Below, one piece after another: positions 54,263 through 64,000 of a stretch of DNA of 64,000 bases. A program made the position numbers and the translations under genes. The DNA is from Octopus sinensis (Eukaryota): positions 85,312,001 through 85,376,000 of the forward strand of contig NC_042997.1 of assembly GCF_006345805.1 (NCBI RefSeq). Direction: 5' to 3'. Numbering within the stretch: the stretch's first letter is position 1; the number at the start of each line of letters is the position of its first letter. The notes under the pieces were generated by a model. That model ran no database searches and had not been told where the DNA came from. It saw only the letters and a list, made by a program, of their open reading frames with translations.

Positions 54263-55647
54263 GGTGTCCCCCAAAAATGTATGCACACTTTAAACAATTG
54301 TAAAGTAGTTGTTTATTAAAAGACACTTCATTCAACGATGTGTAGAAGCTGCACACTTTCCAACAAAGATTGTGTGGAGTGATGAAGGCACATTCAAATT
54401 AAATGGTTCAATTAACTGCCACAATTGCACCTACTGGGGGCCTGAGAATCTACATGTTATGGTGAAACACTTCATTCTCAAAATTTAATAGAATCTACAG
54501 ACATTATTTTATCGTTTTGTCAATGCCTGTTTTCAAACTGATATCCGGTCTGGTCCAGGCACTGCTGACAACGCAAAGGAATGGAATTACAAGTATCACA
54601 AAAGAATTTGTTTGGTATTTGTGTGCACTCTCGTCCAATGGCTGCTCTCAAATCAGCGACTTGTATGTTTCATAGCGTAGAATTTGTCTTTAAGGTATCC
54701 CCATAAAAAAGTCTAGTGGTGTGAGGTCTGGTGAATTCAACCATACCTCTTCATCCAATCCACCTGTTTAGCAAGATCTCATCAAGGAAGGATCTAACAT
54801 AGCAATGGTAGTGTGGGGGTGCCCCATCTTGCTGAAAATAAAACTCCTCATCTTCAAAGTCTTCGCTAATGTTTGGCATAACAGACTGTTGCAATAAGTT
54901 CAAGTAAACGGACCAGTCACATTAGCATAACAAAAGAATGGTCCAATTAATCCTCTTGATAATAAACCACACCACACAAATATCAAATTAACATGGTGTT
55001 TCACCATAACATGCAGATTCTCAGGACCCCAGTAGGTGCAATTATGGCAGTTAATTGAACCATTTAATTTGAATGTGGCTTCATCACTCCACACAATCTT
55101 TGTTGGAAAGTGTGCAGCTTCTACACATCGTTCCAAGTACCACTCGCAATGCTGCACTCTTTCGTCTGGATCATCGTCATTAATAGCATGGACTAATCTT
55201 GGAATGTAACTTTTCCATTGACAATGCTTCAAAATGCATTGGACAGATGATTTTGGAATACCTACCTCATGACTCGCTTTGCCGCACAGATTTTCTTGGA
55301 CTTTGGTGATTCATTTCCAGTACTCCTTGCTTTGTTGGGGCTGTTGATGTTCGGGTTCTTCTGGAATGCTTATCGTGGACATTCTGAACAGTTCCATCAG
55401 CTTCAAACTTATCTCTAATTCAAGTGATAGGGAGTTGCATTGGTGGATCTGTTTGAAACTCCCTCCCCAACTGTTTTTGCACTTCAACTGCATTTTCACA
55501 CTTCCAGTATCATTTTAGAATGAATTTTCTTTGTTCAAAGCTTAATCTGACTGCCATCATTAAATCCTATAGGTTTCATCTGGAAAGAAAAAATATCAAT
55601 TGAGTTATCAGCTGCTAAAGTGTGTATACATTTTTTGGGACACTCTG
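54260..55647 (-). mobile_element. Full-length but decayed Tc1/mariner element, DD41D-type
   Basis: TIRs CAGGGTGTCCCCCAAAAATGTATGCACACTTTA / TAAAGTGTGTATACATTTTTTGGGACACTCTG in (TA)n. Motifs [16 protein letters not shown] and SPDLTPLDFF; spacing is 41 if the deleted xPPR is restored. Confidence 0.9.
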
Positions 55648-55765
55648 TATATATATAAAGTTAATCCAACCAAGAAAACACAAAAACAAAAAGACACAAC
55701 AACGCGAGGACGTGGAACAAATAAAGTATTATTGGACGCTCAGGAAAGAAGGGAAGAAATATATA

Positions 55766-55801
<36 letters not shown>

Positions 55802-55906
55802 TGTATGTTTGTATGTATGTATGTATGTATGTATGTATGTATGTATGTATGTATGTATGTATGTATGTATGTGTGTATATGTATATATATATACATATAT
55901 ATATAT

Positions 55907-55943
<37 letters not shown>

Positions 55944-56254
55944 GATATATATATATAAATACTCGAAATACGAGAGTAGAAAAGCAGCCAATAACTGATG
56001 AAGGGTTGTTCTTTATGTTGTTATTTGTCTTGTTTTCCATTTGTGGTTTTCGTTGTTCGAAAAAATAGTTCATATTCCATGTACTCACTCGTACTTCGTA
56101 TTTTTTGTACACGTTTCATGACGTCCTGTGCCCACATATATATGTGTGTGTGTGTGTGTGTTTGTGTGTTTTGTGTGTGTGTGTGTGTTTGTGTGTGTGT
56201 GTATGTGTGTGTGGTGGGTGTGTGTGTGTGTGTTGTGTGTGTGTGTGGTGTGTT

Positions 56255-56317
<63 letters not shown>

Positions 56318-56429
56318 TGGTCACTCCCGTCGATTTCGACGTATGTGTGTTTGAAGGAAATGATTTATGGATAAAAAGAAAAGAAGTGGGAAAGAGAAAA
56401 CCTCTTTTAGGAGTAAAAGAACAAAAGTA

Positions 56430-56940
56430 GCTGCGATGGATGCGTAAACGTAGTTTGAGTCCAGGCATCAATTTTGCTATAAAGTTGCAATGGGGACACG
56501 GATGATTTTGATTTTGCCTGGGATTGGGCAAATATGTCTGTTGATTGCTGGATATAATTCTTTCATGGTTCCTTTTCTTCAACTCAAATTATTTTGATGC
56601 ATCATGACACATTTTAAGCTATACAGGTCGATCTACGCAATGAATTTCCAGAGATGTCAAGTCAAGCTGTAGATATTTTAGTGATTGCTTCAACTTATCC
56701 TTACGCTTAAGGATAGGTCTTCCTTTAGCGTGGCCGGTAAAGGTAATATAGGTAGTTAGAATAAATCTCAGCTGTTTCTTCTTGAAACACACCTGCTTAT
56801 TCCATAAGGACAATCTAATATTAAGTCTCAGTTGCCGCTGTATATCAGACAAAATACATATTAAAATCGTATCCTTCATATGCCTAGCTAACATTAGCCA
56901 ATGAAGCACGTGTAATGCTGAATAAATAATACCAAAAAGA
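56430..56940 (-). mobile_element. Degraded RTE LINE 3' fragment
   Basis: GRPILKRKDKLKQSLK...DR...HPCPHCNFIAK..GLK...RIH. Confidence 0.6.
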
Positions 56941-56984
56941 TTCCAATTTTCTCTTTTGTTATATGTGTGTGTGTAGAAAAACAA

Positions 56985-57215
56985 TATACTCTTTCACTTG
57001 TTTCAGTCATTTGACTATGGCCATGCTGGAGTACGCCTTTAGTCGAGCAAGTCGACCCCAGGACTTATTCTTTGTAAGCCTAGTACTTATTCTATCGGTC
57101 ACTTTTGCCGAACCGCTAGGTTACGGATACGTAAACACACAAGCATCGGTTGTCAAGCGATGTTGGGGGGACAAACACAGACACAAACATACACACACAC
57201 ACACACACACACACA

Positions 57216-57302
<87 letters not shown>

Positions 57303-57455
57303 ATATACATATTTCCGCCTACCAAATACAGCCACAAGGCTTTGGTCAGCCCGAGGCTATAGTAGAAGACACCTGCCCAAGGTGCCACACAGTGGGATTG
57401 AACCTGGAACCATGTGGTTCGTAAGCAAGCTACTTACCACATAGCCACTCCTACG
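56985..57455 (-). mobile_element. SINE family B, near full length
   Basis: Head, CORE-like segment, internal (CA)/(TA) tract and tail are all present. Confidence 0.85.
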
Positions 57456-59179
57456 CTTACATTTATTATTATCAATGAAAGCACTATTAGTTCAAAGTTA
57501 ACGATCTGTATATTTACTTAAAGTGTATATATGTTGAAAGCCTTCTAAAGTGCAGTATTCGTCTTGAGAAAGTATCTGTTACAGACTCTACATTGGTGAT
57601 GAAATTGCAAGATCCGGATTTCTGCCCGTTAGCTTCATCAGTAACAAATATCCAGGTCATATTTGCCACGTCACGTAGCAAATATCCACGATATGAGGTG
57701 CGAGTGCGACCACACACCACACACAAACCCACGTAAATGTATATATGCATGTATATTTAATCATGTGAGTGAGTGTATGTATGAGAGTATTTGTATCAGC
57801 ACGCGTGTATGTTAAATTATTAACGTATTTGTTGTGTGTATTTTTTTCTAACGGGTAAAGTAAATTGCTTTCAGCGCCATCATTTAATGGTCTATTTCTC
57901 CTGTTGTTCCTATTGACGAGAAAATACGTGACAAAGTTGACTGATCCTAAATTATTCTTTACAATAATCATTCTCTGTCACTTCTCCATTCAAGTTCACC
58001 ATTCATTTCGTTTATTATAATCCAATTGCAGAAGATATGGGACGATGGATGCATTTATCTATTCAATAAGTCAATTAACCACACCGTCTTGGAAATCGCT
58101 TTTCAAGATTATAACTGGGGATTGTCATTGTCATCAACATCATCGTCGTTGTTGTTGTTGCTGCCGTAGTTTTTGCTGATGATTATGATGATGGCGGCGG
58201 TGGTGGTGGTGGTGGCGGCGGCCAGCAGTGGAGGCGATGGTGGATTTGGTAGTGGAGGTGACGGCGGTGGGGGTAGTGATAGCGGCGGCGGTGGTGGTGG
58301 TGGGGGTGGGGGGGGGGTACAAGTGATAGTCCTGGTAGTGGTGGTGACGGTGTTGATGGAGGTAGTAGAGGTGGTGGCGGTAGTGGTGGTGTTGGTGTTG
58401 GTGGTGGTGGTGGTGGTGGTGGTAGCGGTGGTGGTGATGATGGTGGAAGAGGAGTTGTGTTGGAAAACGAAGTATGGTGGTGGTGGCGGTGGCGGCGATG
58501 GCGACGACATTCCTTTCAGTTTACGTTTGTTTAATCAGATGCGAGATTACTTTCAAACCAATTTATTGGGTGGCGAGGTTGGCGGAATCGTTAAAGCGTG
58601 GATCACGAACATGATTTTAGTGTCTCGATATTGGGTGGCGGGGGAGGTTCTTCTGCTCTTCTCTTTATTTTCTTTGTTTAGCGTTCGAATTCTTCCGAAG
58701 ACAGTTTTGCTTTCCATCCTCCCAAGGTAAATAAATTAATCTACCTGTAATTTACTGGAGTTCTTATAATCATCCTTACCATTCCTGTTACAATGCGTGG
58801 GCTGGTTCCAAAATCAGAAAATGTAATATTTGTGTGTACACATGCGTGCACCTCCCCTCTCTCTCTCTCTTTCACTCTATCACACACACACAGAGACTCA
58901 CACATACACTCACACACACACATGCACACACACACACACACACACGCACACTATTATATGTAAATAAATGTTATGATTTGTACCGAGATTCAACTTCTAC
59001 CGAGATCGACTTTACCTTTCATCCTTTCGGTGTTAATAAATTAAGTACCAGTTAAGTACTGGGATTGATGTAATCGACTATTCCCCTCTCCCAAACTTCA
59101 GGCCTTGTGCTTATAGTTGAAAGGATTATTTGTACCGTGGTTTAGGGCGGTGAGCTGGCAGAATCGTTAGCACGCTGCG

Positions 59180-62100
59180 GTTAATTTGTCTTTGCGAGAA
59201 TTTGGTTAGTAATGGTTATTATTATTTATTGTTATTGTTGCCATTTATTGTTAAATTTTGAACTTATGTTATTGTCCAACGTTCTGTTTTGACAGACGTA
59301 GTGGACTGTTGTTCTCCTCCGTAAGGAGGGGAAAATAATTTTTGAAATAATTTTTGGAAAAAATATTTTTGAAAATATTTATTTTTGTGAAAATGAATTC
59401 GGAGGACAAGCCTTCTAAACGTGACCAAGCTAACCAAAGAGCAACTGCAAAACAAGACAAAATGAACGAAAATGTGAACGAAAGGCATATAAATGCAGTA
59501 AACGGGAAAATGAACCAAGAAGGAAAAATAAATGCTGAAAACGATAAAATGAATAACGGAAAAGTAAACCCAACAGAAGACAATCAAAAGAAGATTAATT
59601 TTGCCACTGCAGCCGGTGTGAGAAAAGGTAAATTGCACATAGAGCTAGATTCACTGCGGCAACACAGAGGTATTTTCGAAAGGGAAGATTTTGACGTTAA
59701 AGCCACCCTCCCTAACGAACTCATCGAAGAGGAAAATAATAACATATAAGACAATGATAATAAGAGACAAGAAAATAAGAAGGCATCCAAAGAACAAATT
59801 GAGAAGTGTCTATAACCCATCTGGCAAGACAAAGAGTTCTTGACCAGAGGGAGAAGATACGCCATAGTAGTGGTGTACTTCAAAAATGAGAAAAAGGTTA
59901 TTAAACACTCGCTCCAACCGATAAAAACCAATGAAGTCATTTTATTACCAACTTATATGGGTAGGAGAACAAGGAAATATTGAGGAAATCCCACCAGAAA
60001 TAAATGTCATTTGGATTATCTCAGCCCTTCTAATAGGGCTTGAGGATAAAATCAAGATGATTGAAGCTTCCAGAATACAACAACAGAACTGGTGGGCCGA
60101 GGGCTTGAGATCATAATCCAAGCCCCCCCCCCCACACACACACACCAGACATTAGCAGGAATTGCTGAGAACATCCAGATCGGAGGAGAAACCACCTTGC
60201 GGGTAATGGTGGAAGGCAGGAAACCCAGATGCTACGAATGTGGCGAAAAAGGCCACATTCGGGTAAACTGCCCCGCCCGCAAGGAGAAAAAGAGGAAAAA
60301 AAGAACAAAGCCAAAAGACCGACCAGCAGAACCCCGGTCCTGATAGTGTTCAACAAGCCGGAGAAAAAGACGGCTGGTCGGCAGTAAGAACCAAAAAAAA
60401 GGAAAGATAATAACAACAACCAACCCAACCCTACAACAACCAAAAGAAAAACTCAGAACACTCAAAGAAAAATTACCCCACACCACCACTATTCCCCCCA
60501 AAAGCCAACAATATCAGATTCTCCCCATCCTATTCCCCTCTCGGCGATGAGTCCCCCTTGCCCCTCTAGTTCGGATTTCTCCCCTCTCCCAGACATCACC
60601 CCTCACCCGCCAAGCCCAGGTAATCTGTCCCCGATATCAAGTCCAAGAAAATCTAACGAATATAAGGAAATACTGACTGCAATAAACAATGGTAACGAAC
60701 AATTAAAGAAAACGTTAAAGCAAATACCAACGGTGTCACCATAAGACTCCAGAAAATATTGCCATTTATAAAATAGATATAACATCTTAAAAAACCACCA
60801 CCCAACTGACATGGGTCCTCCAAGACTTGATTTTAACAAGTCGATGTATGAGGACCTATGTCAGAATATCACCCACGAACCAGTGAAAAAGAGAGTACCA
60901 CTGACTAAGTTAAGTCCATGTCAAGCATTCACGTTGGATGTATAAATGTGCGTGGCTTGACGTCTAGCTGGAAGCAAGGACGCCTCCTAAATGACGTCAG
61001 GTCACGGGATTTAGATGTTGTTGCTACAGAAACCCGGTTGAAGGGGCCAAGAGATCTGTTCCCGCTGTTTGATGGTTACGAGAGTTTCGTCTCTCTGTGC
61101 TGCCCTCATAGCAGGAGCGGGGTGTTGGTCCTATTAAAAGAAACCAGGATTTTGAGAAAAAGTTGATTTTTGCAGATCCAGAAGGTAGGCTGGTCATCAT
61201 TGACTTGACGTTCAGCCGTTGTAAGACTATCAGACTGGTTGCAATTTATGCACCTCAAGATATGGGGCAAACTGAGTATTATCAGAACCTAGAGATGTTT
61301 CTTGGCACATAACATCCCTTAGTTGTGCTAGGAGACTAACTGCTAGGAGACTAATCTACGCGTGCATCTGCGATGCACGCGTAGATTATGTAGGCTCGTG
61401 TGTTAATAGAAGTAATGCTTGCTTCCAGGATCTACTAAGACGTTTTGAGCTGGTAGATCCATACAGACTGGAATTTCCGAATGCTCCATTGTGGGCATGG
61501 GCAAATAGGGACGGATCTTCCAGGTCTTATCTAGATAGAGTATTAATAAGAAAAGTAGATAAGAATATAGCTAGGTTCCACAGTTTCACATGGTCAGCTA
61601 CAGTGATCACAAGATGGTCAACTGTAAGCTCGACATAGATAAGTTATATAGAGGTCCCGGCTACCGGAAACTTAATACGTCCCTTTTGCGATTAAGGAGT
61701 ACAGAGACCGGATTAAGATGTTAATTCAGAGGGCATTAATCGGATCCATTATTAGCAACAAATGGTGGTACGCCTTCAAGCGAGCCATTAAATATGAGTC
61801 CATTTGATATAGCATAGGTTTAGTGGCTAGAGAGGCTAGAAGGGAATCAGCTCTAGTTAAGGCCTTAGAGGAAGCAATGCGAACTGGCTCTGTGGCTCAG
61901 GAGAGGGCCAAGAGACTGGTGTTGAACCAGCACCTCGAAGCCAAACACATGGGTTGCATTTTCAGGGCTAGACAACGTGCAATGGGTTGTGAAGGAATCA
62001 ATGCTGCGGGATGGGCCGGAGTGGAAGAAGCCCAACGTGGAAACCATGTCACAATTTGATCTTTGACGAACCAGCAAGGGAAGTTGATAGACGAACCTGA

Positions 62101-62650
62101 GGAGATGTGTGAGGTCTTTCAGGACCACTTCGCCCAGCTTTTCGGGGGGGGGGGCTGAGTGTAGGAAGGACGTAACGGAATTCCTTGCCGGGCTGCCGTG
62201 TCCCTCGGAGCAGGATGCGAGTTGTAGTGAGGGGCCGATCACGTCTGAGGAGGTAAAAGAGACAATGGAAGACTGCGACGCGGGTAAAGCGCCAGGGCTG
62301 GATGGTCTACTCTACGAGCTGTATAAGAGCATGCTGGACTAGTTCGGACACCTATTGGTGAGTGTCTACGCGAACAGGCAACAAATTGGACTCATCCCCA
62401 GACCTTTACGCCGAGGAGTGTTGACGCTCGTCAGAAAGGACCCGAACAACGGGGATGTCATTGATAATTTTCGGCCCATCACTCTGCTCAACGCAGAGCT
62501 GAAGATTTTGGCTAAAGTGTTATCGAAAAGATTGGCGCGTGTCGCGGATGGGTTGATCGGAGGAGCACAGACACGTGCCATCCTCGGCAGATCCATTCAG
62601 GATAATCTCCATCTTATACGATACACTACAGAGGGAATAAATAACGATTC
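59180..62650 (+). mobile_element. 3'-truncated Tx1/L1-clade LINE (ORF1 with zinc knuckle; ORF2 APE and RT N-part), inactivated
   Basis: ORF1 from the ATG at 59393 with CYECGEKGHIRVNC. ORF2 from 60918: CINVRGL..ETRL, SDHK, KAPGLDGL, NFRPITLLNAELKILAKVL, GRSIQDNL. Many stops and frameshifts. Confidence 0.92.
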
Positions 62651-62744
62651 CATCACTCAATACTCATATAACATTGTGTTGTGGACCATACATATATTGA
62701 GTTCTACACCAGGTTATTAGTCTCACTATGTCTAAGCGATATAT

Positions 62745-62781
<37 letters not shown>

Positions 62782-62916
62782 TGTATATATATATATATAT
62801 ATATAAAGTTTGGCAGCACGTCGGTTTTAATCTACTCAGTCAATGAGTTTTAAAATGGATTCTGACCTTTAAAAATAAACTAAACTAGGAAGTAGCCTAA
62901 ATTAATATTTAAAAAG

Positions 62917-63006
<90 letters not shown>

Positions 63007-63008
<2 letters not shown>

Positions 63009-63505
63009 GTGTTATCATGTACATTGTTTTGTCTTGGTATAAAAGATGGGCTACAGCAAATATTCTGCTCAATACCACAGATTTGCTTGTCAGTTGTTTG
63101 ACCTTAACCAGTTGAGCATGTCCCTTAGTGGCTGACGATATGTGCATCTCTGATCACGAGCAGAAGTAGTGGGGGAGCATCATAGCCATGTGTTGAGAGG
63201 GATTCTTTGGGGTTTGAATAATTCACCTCTGGAAACATGGGTGTTTCGTTCAACATCCTTAAACAACCCTTATTCAGGGACCTTTTGAGCGGGATGGGCT
63301 ACTCAACCTGAAGAAAATTCTAACCGGGCCCCACCTGCAAGGTCATGTGCTGTTTATCTTGATATGAGATCACCATGTCGCGCACATATGGTTGTGATGC
63401 ATGTGCCTGGTGTACCCTTATCAGACGGGTAGTCATGATGGGTATATTGCACTTCGTATATTTTACCCCAGTGTCACTTTGATGGCATGAACTGCTCTCT
63501 CACTC

Positions 63506-63507
<2 letters not shown>
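63007..63507 (+). mobile_element. Non-coding retroelement 3' portion inserted in (AAT)n
   Basis: 500-bp block flanked on both sides by (AAT)n; its 3' tip recurs at 15518-15561. Confidence 0.65.
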
Positions 63508-63562
<55 letters not shown>

Positions 63563-64000
63563 TAGTAGCACCGTCCTGAAAAGTAACGCTTATTAAATTT
63601 TGCCATTTTCCGATAGAGTAAAAACTTTTTTTAATGACGACTACGGTAATAGTAGGTACTTACTTTATTGGAGCGTGATGACGAAAATTTTGTTGCACCT
63701 AATAACAATAACACGCTGAATTACTACGGAGAGGAAGTCGGTGAGAATGAGAAGGACATTAACAGAAATACAGTGTGGCTGACTGGTCTGCTAGATATAG
63801 ATGCGAAAGAGAAATATAATATTCAATAATGTACGCCAAGACGTATTAGGTTTCGGCCAAGGCAGGATAGCTAAATAGCTATATAGTTATATTTTTCTTA
63901 GACCAAGGCTTATATGGAGCTAAACCGCAACAAAATCAACAACAACAAAAATGACAAAAAACAAAAACCAACAGCACTAAAACTAACAACAGCTTCAGGC

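Overview
AT-rich, microsatellite-saturated animal genomic DNA. The SINE repertoire and repeat style look like an octopus/coleoid cephalopod, but that is my inference. I see no intact protein-coding gene, and almost all ORFs in the track are simple-repeat translations. The window is mostly decayed mobile elements: two Tx1/L1-clade LINE pieces, RTE LINE fragments, an R4/Dong-like RLE LINE, a Gypsy pol remnant with PPT and LTR, a Helitron Rep fragment, pogo, DD41D-mariner, hAT and Chapaev-like DNA transposons and MITEs, and three or four SINE families. The most striking structure is a recurring set of five fold-back (palindromic) elements next to microsatellites (42-166, 2493-2684, 15090-15292, 24741-24998, and a perfect 974-bp palindrome at 48814-49787). 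Four of them carry hammerhead-ribozyme motifs of the Penelope-like-element (PLE) type, and the largest has two apparently intact ribozymes. Other notable points: one SINE has a 3' tail shared with the Tx1-like LINE, and splice-site-bounded segments suggest a minus-strand host gene with very long introns (near 42.3, 34.5 and 3.9 kb). Coordinates of decayed elements are approximate. Family names come from motif recognition, not database searches.
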